From contig OZ024741.1 of assembly GCA_964016885.1 (NCBI GenBank), positions 218,364,001-218,428,000 of the forward strand: 64,000 nucleotides of DNA, written 5' to 3'. The stretch's first letter is position 1, and each line of letters opens with the position of its first letter. A program made the translations under genes and the position numbers. Source of the stretch: Eledone cirrhosa (Eukaryota). Positions 10,440 to 24,341 of the stretch are shown here, one piece after another. The notes under the pieces are model-generated. The model ran no database searches and had not been told where the DNA came from. It saw only the letters and a program-made list of their open reading frames with translations.

Positions 10440-13326
10440 GGAAGGAAAGTAGCCGATCGTCCTATCTGACCAAAGAAACAATGTTTCTAGTTGTCTTTCC
10501 ATTGCTGATACTCTCTGTCGGTTACATAATCCTGGAAGAAGAAAGGAGCTGATCGTCCTATCGGACAAAGGAAACAATGTTTCCAGTTGTCTTTCCATTG
10601 CTGATATTATCTGCAGGTCACATTTCCTGGCAGAGGAAAGGAGCTGATCGACAGATCGGACCAATGAAACAATGTTTCCATTGGTCTTTCCATTGCTGAT
10701 ACTATCTGTAGGTCACATCTCCTGACAGGAGAAAGGAGTTGGATCATCAGATCGGACAAAAGGAACAATGTTTCCATTGGTCTTTCCATTGCTGATACTA
10801 TCTGTAGGTCACATCTCCTGGCAGAAGAAAGGAGTTGGATCATCAGATCGGACCAAAGGAACAATGTTTCCATTGGTCTTTCCATTGCTGATACTATCTG
10901 TAGGTCACATCTCCTGGCAGAAGAAAGGAGTTGGATCATCAGATCGGACCAAAGGAACAATGTTTCCATTGGTCTTTCCATTGCTGATACTATCTGTAGG
11001 TCACATCTCCTGGCAGAAGAAAGGAGTTGGATCATCAGATCGGACAAAAGGAACAATGTTTCCATTGGTCTTTCCATTGCTGATACTATCTGTAGGTCAC
11101 ATCTCCTGGCAGAAGAAAGGAGTTGGATCATCAGATCGGACAAAAGGAACAATGTTTCCATTGGTCTTTCCATTGCTGATACTATCTGTAGGTCACATCT
11201 CCTGGCAGAAGAAAGGAGTTGGATCATCAGATCGGACCAAAGGAACAATGTTTCCATTGGTCTTTCCATTGCTGATACTATCTGTAGGTCACATCTCCTG
11301 GCAGAAGAAAGGAGTTGGATCATCAGATCGGACAAAAGGAACAATGTTTCCATTGGTCTTTCCATTGCTGATACTATCTGTAGGTCACATCTCCTGGCAG
11401 AAGAAAGGAGTTGGATCATCAGATCGGACAAAAGGAACAATGTTTCCATTGGTCTTTCCATTGCTGATACTATCTGTAGGTCACATCTCCTGGCAGAAGA
11501 AAGGAGTTGGATCATCAGATCGGACAAAAGGAACAATGTTTCCATTGGTCTTTCCATTGCTGATACTATCTGTAGGTCACATCTCCTGGCAGAAGAAAGG
11601 AGTTGGATCATCAGATCGGACCAAAGGAACAATGTTTCCATTGGTCTTTCCATTGCTGATACTATCTGTAGGTCACATCTCCTGGCAGAAGAAAGGAGTT
11701 GGATCATCAGATCGGACAAAAGGAACAATGTTTCCATTGGTCTTTCCATTGCTGATACTATCTGTAGGTCACATCTCCTGGCAGAAGAAAGGAGTTGGAT
11801 CATCAGATCGGACAAAAGGAACAATGTTTCCATTGGTCTTTCCATTGCTGATACTATCTGTAGGTCACATCTCCTGGCAGAAGAAAGGAGTTGGATCATC
11901 AGATCGGACAAAAGGAACAATGTTTCCATTGGTCTTTCCATTGCTGATACTATCTGTAGGTCACATCTCCTGGCAGAAGAAAGGAGTTGGATCATCAGAT
12001 CGGACCAAAGGAACAATGTTTCCATTGGTCTTTCCATTGCTGATACTATGTGTAGGTCACATCTCCTGGCAGAAGAAAGGAGTTGGATCATCAGATCGGA
12101 CCAAAGGAACAATGTTTCCATTGGTCTTTCCATTGCTGATACTATGTGTAGGTCACATCTCCTGGCAGAAGAAAGGAGTTGGATCATCAGATCGGACCAA
12201 AGGAACAATGTTTCCATTGGTCTTTCCATTGCTGATACTATCTGTAGGTCACATCTCCTGGCAGAAGAAAGGAGTTGGATCATCAGATCGGACAAAAGGA
12301 ACAATGTTTCCATTGGTCTTTCCATTGCTGATACTATCTGTAGGTCACATCTCCTGGCAGAAGAAAGGAGTTGGATCATCAGATCGGACAAAAGGAACAA
12401 TGTTTCCATTGGTCTTTCCATTGCTGATACTATGTGTAGGTCACATCTCCTGGCAGAAGAAAGGAGTTGGATCATCAGATCGGACCAAAGGAACAATGTT
12501 TCCATTGGTCTTTCCATTGCTGATACTATGTGTAGGTCACATCTCCTGGCAGAAGAAAGGAGTTGGATCATCAGATCGGACCAAAGGAACAATGTTTCCA
12601 TTGGTCTTTCCATTGCTGATACTATCTGTAGGTCACATCTCCTGGCAGAAGAAAGGAGTTGGATCATCAGATCGGACAAAAGGAACAATGTTTCCATTGG
12701 TCTTTCCATTGCTGATACTATGTGTAGGTCACATCTCCTGGCAGAAGAAAGGAGTTGGATCATCAGATCGGACCAAAGGAACAATGTTTCCATTGGTCTT
12801 TCCATTGCTGATACTATGTGTAGGTCACATCTCCTGGCAGAAGAAAGGAGTTGGATCATCAGATCGGACCAAAGGAACAATGTTTCCATTGGTCTTTCCA
12901 TTGCTGATACTATGTGTAGGTCACATCTCCTGGCAGAAGAAAGGAGTTGGATCATCAGATCGGACCAAAGGAACAATGTTTCCATTGGTCTTTCCATTGC
13001 TGATACTATCTGTAGGTCACATCTCCTGGCAGAAGAAAGGAGTTGGATCATCAGATCGGACAAAAGGAACAATGTTTCCATTGGTCTTTCCATTGCTGAT
13101 ACTATCTGTAGGTCACATCTCCTGGCAGAAGAAAGGAGTTGGATCATCAGATCGGACAAAAGGAACAATGTTTCCATTGGTCTTTCCATTGCTGATACTA
13201 TGTGTAGGTCACATCTCCTGGCAGAAGAAAGGAGTTGGATCATCAGATCGGACCAAAGGAACAATGTTTCCATTGGTCTTTCCATTGCTGATACTATGTG
13301 TAGGTCACATCTCCTGGCAGAAGAAG
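10440..13326. repeat. 96-bp minisatellite, about 30 units
   Basis: Unit ggatcatcagatcggac(a/c)aaaggaacaatgtttccattggtctttccattgctgatactat(c/g)tgtaggtcacatctcctggcagaagaaaggagtt. 32-aa periodicity in the ORF track; left-edge units are diverged. Confidence 0.97.
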
Positions 13327-13349
13327 TAACGTAAAATAAACCATTTTGG

Positions 13350-13436
13350 ACAAACACAAAGCGCTGAGTAATCGAGGAATTGAACCTGCGACCATATGAT
13401 CAAGAGTCCAACATATTAAGCATTAGACCACGTCTC
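13350..13436 (-). mobile_element. Degenerate tRNA-derived SINE head
   Basis: Minus strand gtggtctaatgcttaa (A-box-like) ... ggttcaattcct (B-box-like). Confidence 0.5.
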
Positions 13437-13619
13437 TTCTTAAACAAAGAAAGATACAACACATTGGATAATGTATTCCAAGGTATCCTTGTAAAGACAT
13501 GATGGTCTTACAAAGGGTACCTAGAATGTAGTTTTGGCCATAGGTTCGCTCCTTGGAGATTAGTCCTGCACCTACGACGCCATTAATTCCCATTTTGTTT
13601 ATCTATTTCCGATTATCGG

Positions 13620-13805
13620 CCACCATGATGATCGCTCTACCACCCTCTTTTAACCAGGAAAGGCAGGAAGTATTTATCTATTTGATGGCTAAAGCAAAGT
13701 AGGTTGTATGGTGGACAAGGTTGAGAGAACTAAGAACCTACTGTTTCCTCTTTGGTCAAGCCCTCATCAACTTTTTCAAGTTTCAGTTGGAAAGGAAGGT
13801 GATAT
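13620..13805 (+). mobile_element. Diverged relic of the Tx1/L1-type family at 5990-6728
   Basis: ccaccctc...aggttgtatggtggacaaggttga is shared with 6225-6308. Confidence 0.6.
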
Positions 13806-13879
13806 TTATGAGGAAGGAAACAGCCCTGCCGCCGTTGTCATAGTGAAAACCAATCCCAGACTAAAACAGTCAAACAGGC

Positions 13880-14215
13880 CAACAAAACAACAATAATAAC
13901 GATAACAACGATAACAATAATAATATTAACAATAGCGGAAAAAATAACGCACAAAACAATAACAACAACAACAACAAAAATAATACAACAACAACGACGA
14001 TGACGACAACAACAACAATAATATCAAAAATGACAATGACAACAACTGCAACAACAAAAATAACAGCAATAACAACAACGGCTCAAAAACGTCGATGACA
14101 ACCACAACAACAACAGCAATAACAACAGCAGCTCAACGATGATAACAACCACCACCACGCCAACAACAACAACAGCTGAACAACGATGATGACAACAACT
14201 ACAGCAACAACAGCT
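13880..14215. repeat. (AAC)/(AAT)-rich low-complexity repeat
   Basis: Direct reading. Confidence 0.85.
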
Positions 14216-14760
14216 CAGAACCTGAACCACACAGTCACGTGCCTTCACGACATAAATATATATAGAATATGATTTACGAAACCTTGTCAGGTGTTATTAA
14301 GTTCAGTGGCTATTGTCATAAGTATTCCCTTCGCAACAACTTAGTACAAAGAAACTATTAATTGGCAACACTACCATCTCATGTCCTTTGAAAAAAAAAC
14401 ATCAGATAGATATTGCCTCATGATTGGCTCACAATAGGATACCTGGTGTGATTTGGCTGCGATTTCTAGCAGTGTGAAACCACGTACTGGCGTTCCTACT
14501 AAGCTCATCAAATGCCCGTATAATACTGTATGAAGTGGTGTCAATGTGGACACACAGGCAACAAATGTCAGTAACTTGATATTACTATCACTAGCTAGCG
14601 GTAGGTGGAGGAGACAGCTTCCTCCCCCCTTTATCTTTTAGTGGTTTTTAAAAAAAATTATTTATCTTGTTTTGTAAATGTTTGGTGTGTAACCTCAGGT
14701 CAACGTTGCTTAAACAGCAGCCACACAAACACACACATACACAGCGTGTGTGTGGCTACT

Positions 14761-14851
<91 letters not shown>

Positions 14852-14854
<3 letters not shown>

Positions 14855-15108
14855 CTTGTATTTTGATCATGCTTTATTTTTATTTATTATTTATTATATT
14901 TTTGTCTTTATTTGTTAATTTTTCATTCGCACCGTTTCCTTTCGCTATATGTCTCTCCACCACTCCCCTACACACCTTTTGAACTCTTACCTGAAGAAGG
15001 GCTTATGCCCGAAACGTCGTCCTCCACCTACCCCCCACTCTCCTGAGCGTGAATCTAATAAACATTTGTCGTACTGTCTCTCTGTTCTGTCCCTGTTCAA
15101 TTTTTTAT
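14852..15108 (+). mobile_element. Solo 3' end/pLTR of the Penelope-like family seen at 982-1240, inside (TA)n
   Basis: Homologous to the reverse complement of 982-1240 (acctgaagaagggcttatgcccgaaacgtcgt...gagcgtgaa.ctaataaac..gtactg.ctctctgtt...gttcaatttttta). Confidence 0.85.
14989..15020 (+). ncRNA. Minimal type I hammerhead ribozyme motif
   Basis: AC-CTGAAGA-A-GGGC(TTAT)GCCC-GAAA-CG-TC-GT, identical to the 1071-1102 motif. Confidence 0.75.
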
Positions 15109-15514
<406 letters not shown>

Positions 15515-18500
15515 AATGTTTGAACTGTAAGTGTGTTGTAAAACACCTATTTATATGAACGATACATACACTTATGATATATGAACGATACATACACTTT
15601 AACATATAAATGCAACGTTGTTATATTACATTTATAAAGAAATATTACATTTATATAAAACACAGTTGTAGAATTAAAAACTAACTGAAAAGAAATATTA
15701 CTCAAGCTGTGAATAACTTTAAATTTGATTCTGACAGAACTTTGTCGTAACTTTTAAAGAAGATCATCGACTATTTTGAAAATTAAATACGAAATATTAG
15801 TGAATAGACGAACTCATCATGGCAAAAAGTACAAGTCTCCTTCGACCAAATCGCAATTACAACCGTTGTACACAGTGGACCTACGAGCTTAACAAAGTAT
15901 TATATGAAGCATACAAACAATCTGAACCCCAAAAGTTCGGTTTTATGCAAAGGCTAAAAACTTTATGGAACTCCAAACACCCAGAATTAGACTTTTCTCC
16001 AAAGCATTTAAATGAACAGGCAAAACGTATCATTAGATGTAAATTGATACATCTAACGGAATCGAGTGATACTACAAATACAGCCCTTGTAGACAACCAC
16101 CCCACCTCCACTGACAGACAAAGAGAATGGCCAGCTAAATCTAACAGTGAACAGCTCACCAACAATTTTGCTGAAATTCATCCCACTTCCACTGAAGAAC
16201 AGCGAGAAAGGTCAGCTGACTCTAGTAGTAATTGTCACCACATCAACAACGAGGCTGAAATTCATGACTCTACTGAACAAACAGAGCACCAAAAACTTGT
16301 GGGCTCCCTACAAGTGATATGGAATGATATGTTTCAAGAGATACACAGCCTTAATGTGAGTGACAGACCATACAACACTAGAGTCAGTAAAGAACCCACT
16401 AAATTGGAATTGGAAGCGGTGAACGAAATAGCTGGCAATTATCTGAAGGCTATACGATCTAAAGGTGTAGAAACGACATTTGAAACGCTTAATGTTTTGT
16501 TATATGTTTCAGCTGTCACATTGCTAGCATATAACACACATCTAAAACCACGCAATCAAGATACAAACAGAAAGCCTGAACCAGCGTGGATGCGAAATTT
16601 AAAAACCAAAATGTTGTCCCTGAGACGAAGTATCTCACACATCGCAGTCGTTATGAAATGCAACATAGAGAGCAACTTCACACAACACCAGGAAGACCTA
16701 AAGAAAAAGTTAGAGAGAAGATTTGGAGATACAAAATTTAAAACTTTGAACTCCAAATTACACCAGTTGAAACAACAACTCACAGCTACAACAGAAAGAC
16801 TAAAATATAAGTCAACAGCACATAAACGACAAGTGCTAAATAGATTGTTTGCCAGAGATCCTAAATCAGTTTATCGCAGCTTCGGTGGCAAAAGCTCAAT
16901 CTCTGTAAATGACACCCCTTCAAAAGAACAGGTTGAGAGCTACTGGAGATCTGTATGGGAAACGGATGACGGATTCAACAGACAAGCTAATTGGCTAAAA
17001 GAACTGGAACAGGACTACTGCCAACATGTCCAGACAAAACAATATGACATAGATGGGTCAATACTGGAAACAGCTCTACAGAAAATGTCGAATAGGAAAT
17101 CGCCAGGCCCAGACCTCATTACAGGATACTGGTTGAAGAATTTCACTTTCTATCGGCAAGATCTCATACGGCTGTTTACAGAAACCATTAAGGGCACACA
17201 AGAACTGCCCAGATGGTTATCAACTGCCTCTACTCTCCTCATTCCCCAAAATAGCCAAACCACCCTTGCTAAAAATTACCGCCCAATTGCCTGCCAAAAC
17301 ATCATGTATAAATTATATACTGGGTGCCTTAACCTGTTCTTACAGGATCACTGTGCTACCAACAACATCATAACACCTGAGCAAGCTGGTGGAAAGAGGG
17401 AGGTGTGGGGTTGCATAGATCACCTACTAACTAACAAAATGATCCAGGAAAAAACAACAAAGAATCGCAGAAACATGACTGTCGTGTGGCTGGACTATCA
17501 AAAATCATTTGATAGTGTACCTCATGGGTGGATTGTTAAGGCTTTACAGTTAGCTAAAGTCCCACAACCATTGGTAGCTGCTGTTGAACGCCTGACCAAG
17601 AACTGGTACACCAGTCTGATCCTTAGAGGTGAGAAGGAGCAGGTTAGGACTGATAAGATACATTACCAGAAGGGCATCTTTCAGGGTGATAGCTTGTCGG
17701 TGCTACTCTTCGTTCTCTCACTGAATCCACTATCTTACCTACTCAGGAAACAAGGTCGACAAAGAAGTGGGACCAGAAGTATCTCCCATCTTTTCTTTGT
17801 TGATGACCTGAAGTTGTATGGGCCAAATATCAATGACATCAAGAAACAATTGGACCTCATTACACAATTTTCAACCGACATCAAAATGAAATTTGGTGAG
17901 TCCAAGTGTGCATATTTGGCAGTAAAACGTGGAAGAGCTGTGCCCTCCTCTAGAAATCTAGAGATGAACGGCCTGACAATACAACCTCTGCAGTCAGGTG
18001 ACAACTACAGATATCTTGGACAGGATGAGAATGTCAGATATGATGGACCCATAAATAAGGAGAAAACCAGAACTGAATACCTCAGAAGAGTAAAGAAAAT
18101 ATGGTCATCAGAACTGTCAGCATACAACAAATACATTGCCCACAATACTTATGCTGTGCCAATTCTAACGCCAACATTTGGCCTACTGAACTGGTCATTG
18201 CAAGAACTAAGTGAGATGGATGTTAGAACTCGAAAACTTCTCAGTGTTACTGGGAACTTTAACATCAATGGTGATGTGGATAGGCTATACTTCTCACGCA
18301 AGGAAGGTGGCCGGGGTCTAAAATCAATATTAACAACATATGAGACCCGGATAGTGACACTGAAGCAACACCTTCAACAGAGGAAAAAGGGTGGCAACCA
18401 TCTTGCCCAGGTTTATGACCATGAAAAAAGAAATATCATTAGAATAGCGACTGATCTGGAGGAGAGATATGGAATAAAGCCCGATATAAATCTCTCACCC

Positions 18501-19412
18501 AGAGAAATCGGAAGATCCTATTCAATGTTCAAACAAGAAAAAAAAATTGACCAATTTACAGAAAAAGTTGTGCATGGATACTTGAGGCGTAAAACACAGA
18601 CCATAGAGGGGATAAACCACTCAAAAAGCCTGGCATGGAGTTCCGACAAGTTTATGACATCACACCTTGAGGGATATCTCTATGCAATACAGGAACAAGA
18701 ACTCCCTACCAAATATCTGCTGCACAAAAGAGGAGGGCCAGCAGCTGACAATAAATGTAGGCTATGTAAAACAAAGATCGAGGATGTAAGCCACATTGTT
18801 GCCAGCTGCGAAAGAATGTCATCTCGCTACTACCTCCCCATGAGACACGATGGGATAGCTAGAACCATCTGGAACGCACTTCGGAAAACAAAATTAACAA
18901 CAAACGAGGAAGAATATATTGAGACAGATGGCACTAAGGAATACTGGTGGAACCTGAAAATAAAAACTGCCACCAGATTAAAGCACAACCGGCCTGATAT
19001 TGTAGTTTGGGACCACACATTGAAAACGTTTTTCTGTTGTGGAGATCAGCTGCCCACTTGATGTAAACGTTGTCAGAAAAATACAGGAGAAGGAGGACAT
19101 CTACGGACCATTGATGAGGAGTTTACAAATCCAGTATCCAAGATACACCTTTAGCTTCATACCCATCATTATTGGTGCTACGGGTTATATACCAACCCGC
19201 TTGGACCAAAGTATGACTGAACTTGGATTTGCGGACAAAAAGCGCAGCTCCCTAATTCATAGTCTACAAATGGCTGCGATAGCTGGCACCTTCAAAATTT
19301 GCAAAACATTCTTGCGATTCAAGGGATGACAATTTCTTTTCTTTTACAACCTTGCCACCAGGAAGGTGGCCGGTCAAAAAAATATACTCAAAATTAAGAG
19401 AAAGAGAAAATA
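15515..19412 (+). mobile_element. Apparently full-length RLE-type non-LTR retrotransposon, R4/Dong-like (family A), in (CATA)n
   Basis: Single long ORF with RT, CCHC knuckle and PD-(D/E)xK endonuclease motifs. ~300-nt AT-rich leader, short 3' UTR, then (CATA)n. Confidence 0.92.
15819..19329 (+). CDS. Reverse transcriptase / restriction-like endonuclease polyprotein, one frameshift at T-run 19029-19033 (about 1169 aa if repaired)
   Basis: KSPGPD, NYRPIAC, WLDYQKSFDSVPH, GIFQGDSLS, HLFFVDDLK, YRYLG, EGGRGL, CRLC...HIVASC, RHD, RPDIVVWD. Continues as EISCP...KEDIY...PIIIGATG in ORF 19039..19329. Confidence 0.9.
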
Positions 19413-19521
19413 CATTCATACATAATACATACGTACATACATACATTTATGAATACATACATACATATATGCATACGCACATACATACATACATACATAC
19501 GTACATACATACATACATACA

Positions 19522-19554
<33 letters not shown>

Positions 19555-19610
19555 GCATACGCACATACATACATACATACATACGTACATACAAACATAC
19601 ATACATACAT
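19413..19610. repeat. (CATA)n microsatellite between the two R4-like elements
   Basis: Direct reading. Confidence 0.95.
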
Positions 19611-22600
19611 AAGTCAGTCAACGCGATCAGTCGCATATTTTGGCGTGGGAGACTATTTATTAAATTTAAGATGAATACTATCTCCGACAGTAATGCCACA
19701 ACTACAGCCAGGTTGAATAACTGGTTATTCTTCTAACTATCCCTTCTGAAGACACCTTTTATTCGAATTCGTAGAGATATCCGACTAAATACATAATTCA
19801 TTTTACAAGGATTTGCTACAAACAGCATGGCTGAACACAACATCAACAAGAAAATTAAGGAAGTATCGAAGACAAATAACAAAGAAGGTAATCAAACTTT
19901 ATTCAGTTGTAGCTACAGAAGAAACCGAAATTATAAATCGCATTTCTCTTGGAGTTGTGAACTTAATAATGATTTATTTAATTGTTATAAAATGGCAAAA
20001 AACAATCCCTCCATTGGCTATATGAACAGAATGAAGCTACACTGGGACGAAATGCACCCAGAGCTAAATTATTTCACAGCGAAACAATTACGCCAACAAG
20101 CGACGTTTGTTGAACGTAAAAATAAGATAAATATTATTAATTGTAAGTCCCCCACAACAAACATGGAATCAACAACACGTGCTACAGATCGCCATGCTAC
20201 TAGACTTCCTAGCAGCCAGGTCGAACAGCGCCTTGAAACAACTATGCCTGTAAGAAATGTGACACCACGTGTACCATCTAAGTCTACCTCGAATTCTGGG
20301 GAAAACACTATCGATAATAATAATAATCGAGGAAATAATAATAATAATCGAATAAATGTGACACCACGTATACCATCCGAGTCTACCTCGACTGTTGTGG
20401 AAAATACTATCGATAATGATAATGTTTTCTTTATTAACCACAAGGGTTCACATAAAGTAGACACCGATAATGATAATGATAATCAAAAGTATAAACAATT
20501 GAAAATTTCCCTCAATGAAATCTTCCAGAGAGAAATTAACTCATGTATAAATATCTCTCTGGCTGAACGTGTTAAAATGACAATGGTGAATAAAAAGCCA
20601 AATAATGAAATACTACGTGTTATTGACGAAATAGGGGATGAATATTTACGACGGATAAAAACCCCAACATTTTGGCAAATCAACGCCTGTTTATATGCCC
20701 TAGCAACGACAGTGAAGCATTATCTTGGTGATAGCAGAGATATTAACAAGAACAAAACATCACCCAAAATACCATCATATATAACTAAAATAGAAAAAAA
20801 GATTGCTGACCTACGAAAAAACATAGGACATGTGACAATGCTCCTTACATGCAAACAAACACAAAAAAACCTCACTCCTCACCAACAAAGAGTGAACAAT
20901 GAAATAGAGACGATGTTTGGTAACAGTAGAACCAGAACTCTCCAATATAAGCTGATCACCCTCAAACAAGAATTGAGAGCTGTTAGCGAAAAACGCCGAT
21001 ACCTGAAGAAGGTAGATGAGAGAAAAGTGCTCAATAAAAGATTCAGACGAAACCAAACATCAGTCTATAGAGATATGAAGGGCAAAATAATAAGTGTCAC
21101 TGAGGCCCCATCCCAGAAAGACATAGATTCCTTTTGGAGCAAAATATTGGGTGAAAAGAAGAATTTCAACCAAGATGCAGTGTGGCTAAGAGAAATCCGA
21201 AAGAACTATTGCTCCTACACTACAACAAAAACATATGAAATAAGTGAGGGTACCCTTGAGACTGTGATAGGAAAACTCCAAGATAAGAAAACACCAGGAA
21301 GAGACATGATTGTCGGCTACTGGTACAAAAAACTGATATTCTATCGGAGGTATCTTACTGCCCTCTACCAACAAGTTCTTAAGGGAGATACACTTATACC
21401 AGAATGGTTGACATTAGCACAAACATTACTGGTGCCTAAGAACAAAGACACCCACTTGGCAAAAAACTACCGACCCATTGATTGCCAGAACCTGATGTAT
21501 AAGATGTATACAGCCTCCCTGAACCTATTCCTCTAAGATCACTGTGAAAATAATAACATCATCACAGATGAACAAGCAGCTGCAAAAGAAAGGGGCTTGG
21601 GGATGTGCTGAACAACTCCTAATCAACAAAACTGCGATGTCGGAGGTGCGACAACTTAGGAGGAATATGGCTACAGTCTCGCTGGACTACAGGAAAGCTT
21701 TTGATTCTGTTCTCCACTCATGGATGATAGAGGCCCTCCAACTTGCTAAAGTCCCAGACATTATTGTCAGAGCCATAGAGAGGCTGTCTTCTTCTTGGGC
21801 TACTATCCTAAGGTTAAAGACAGAGAGGGAGGACTCTATTTTCACTGATAAAATAAAATATTGCAGGGGTATATTTCAGGGGGACAGTCTCTCTGTGATA
21901 TTATTCATCTTGTCATTAAACCCCTTGTCCTTTCTGCTCAAGAAATGTGAGGGATACATCATTGGCTCACAGGAGGACAGAAATACGAACCTAACCCATA
22001 ATATCTTTGTGGACGATCTGAAACTCTATGCCAAGAACATGGATGGGATGAAGAAAAATCTTGACCTGGTTACAACGTTCTCAAAGGATATAGGAATGGA
22101 GTTTGGCCAAGATAAATGCTCATACATGACTGTGAAGCGGGGAAAAACAACAACCCAATCTAGCAACATTGTCATCAATGGCCTAACTGTTTCACCGATA
22201 TCTGATGAGGACTGCTACAGATACCTGGGGATAGATGAGAATATATCCTATAATGGTATCTGTAATAAGGAATGCATAACCAGGGAATAATACACCTGAT
22301 TAAGAAAGATCTGGTCATCGGAACTCTCTGCGCAAAACAAAACAGTGGCTCACAATGTGTTTGCTGTGCCTGTCCTAACACCAACGTTTGGAATACTCAA
22401 TTGGACGATAGACGAAATCCGAGCAGTTGATGTTGGAACTCGAAAAATACTAAACAACACCGGAAACTTCCACATCAACAGTGACATAGACCCCCTTTAC
22501 TTGAAACGTAAGCAGGGAGGTAGAGGCCTAACATCAGTCCAGACAACATTTGAATGTTGCATCATATCTCTCCGACAACATCTACGAGCCTCGAAGTGTA

Positions 22601-23796
22601 GGAGCCCGTCTCTCGAGCAAGTCTATCTGCATGAAACAGAAAAGATCATGAGAGTTGGGAAGGAACTCTTCCAGAGATATTCCCTGTGTGGTAATCAAAA
22701 ACTCACACCCAGGGATGTCGCTTAGCAGTATCGCAGTGAATCCATGGATGAAAAACTGCATACTTAGCAAAAAATCATGCATGGATATGTTGCCAGGAAG
22801 CTCCAGAGTGAGAGTAATATAGATAAGGAAAGTAGTCTATCTTGGACCAACAACCGCTATATTGTCTCCCACTTCGAAGGATACGCTTTTGCAATCCAAG
22901 AACAGGAGATTAGCACGAAATACCTGATTCACAAAAGAGATAGGGATGCAGGCAAAACACCTAGATGTGATAACAAGTGCAGACTCTTCAGAACTAACAT
23001 CGAGGATATCACCCATGTCATCAGAAGCTGTCCAAAGATGTTATCGCGGTACTATCTACCTATGAGGCATGATGTAGTGGCCAAAACACTGTACAATGCA
23101 GTTCGTAAAAAAGATAGCCCCGATAATAAAAACATTAAAAGCTACAGCAATGTGGAAGACATCCACGTACATAATATGAAAGAGTACTGGTGGAATGTTC
23201 CAGTAAAAACACCAATAAAATGCAGGCATAACAGACCAGATATTATGATATGGGACAGGGGGGAGAAAGCATGCACAGTAGTGGTAATTAGCAGCCCAGC
23301 AGATGCCAATATAATATCAAAGATTAGTGAAAAGGAGAATATTTATGCAGAACTGATGAGAAATCTGCAGATACTCCACCCTGATTACATCTTCAGATTT
23401 ATGCCTGTGATTATTAGAGCACTGGGATATGTTAGTAACTGCCTCAATACAAATCTTGAGAAGCTGGGCTTCACAGGAACAGAAAGAACACAACTAGTTA
23501 GGAAATTACAAGTACAATCCATTAATGGAACAGTAAAAATATGTAAACATTCCAAACATTTTTCATCTAATAACTGTATATACACATGTACAGATGCAAA
23601 ACATATACACATGCACACATACAACTCAAAACATCCACATCCACACATACAATAACATCCATATCTACACATGCATGCATACATACATATCTACCTAGTT
23701 GATGTTGTGTAAATTCCAATGAGTCTTGTGTCTATGTTAGAAACCGACTCTCTCTCTATTGGGAAAACTTTGTGAAATTATAAAAGTAGAAGAACG
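19611..23796 (+). mobile_element. Decayed, near full-length R4/Dong-like RLE retrotransposon (family B)
   Basis: ORFs 19827..21536, 21544..22290, 22345..22725 and 22777..23655 are colinear with family A (KTPGRD, NYRPI, LDYRKAFDSV, GIFQGDSLS, FVDDLK, RHD, RPDIMIWD) but broken by stops and frameshifts. Confidence 0.92.
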
Positions 23797-24205
23797 TACA
23801 TACAAAGATACATACACACATACATACATACATACATACATATATGCATACACACATACATACATACATACATGTATACAAACATACATACATGCATACA
23901 AACATACATACATACATACAAACATACATAGGTACATATATACATATATGCATACATACAGACATACACATATGCATACATACAAACATACATACATACA
24001 TACATGCGTACATTCATACATACATACATGCATAAACTCACGTACATAGATACATACATACATACGTACATAAATACATAAACTCATATACATACATACA
24101 TACATACATAAACTCATATACATACATACATACATACATACATACATAAACTCACATACATACATACATAGATACGTACGTACATACATACAAACATACA
24201 TACAT
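23797..24205. repeat. Degenerate (CATA)n microsatellite
   Basis: Direct reading. Confidence 0.92.
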
Positions 24206-24341
24206 ATGGCTGCGATAGCTGGCACCTTCAAAATTTGCCAAACATTCTTGCGATTCAAGGGATGACAATTTCTTTTCTTTTACAACCTTGCCACCAGGAA
24301 GGTAGCCGGACAAAAACATACTCGAAATTAAGAGAAAGAGA
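24206..24341 (+). mobile_element. 5'-truncated 3' end of R4-like family A
   Basis: Near-identical to 19270-19407 (atggctgcgatagctggcaccttc...aaattaagagaaagaga). (CATA)n on both sides. Confidence 0.9.

Noticed and set aside
10700-13300. Hammerhead in each 96-bp unit (minus strand has CTGATGA and GAAAC)
   Set aside because: I could not build stems I and II around the core boxes. Likely coincidence.
10607-13357. 916-aa and 853-aa overlapping ORFs as genes
   Set aside because: They lie entirely within a 96-bp tandem repeat, are open on both strands, and have no recognisable domain or unique coding flank.
19640-19745. HDV-like ribozyme in the 5' leader of R4-like family B
   Set aside because: Some helices can be drawn (tggcgt/atgcca, agccag/ctggtt), but I could not complete the nested double pseudoknot by eye.
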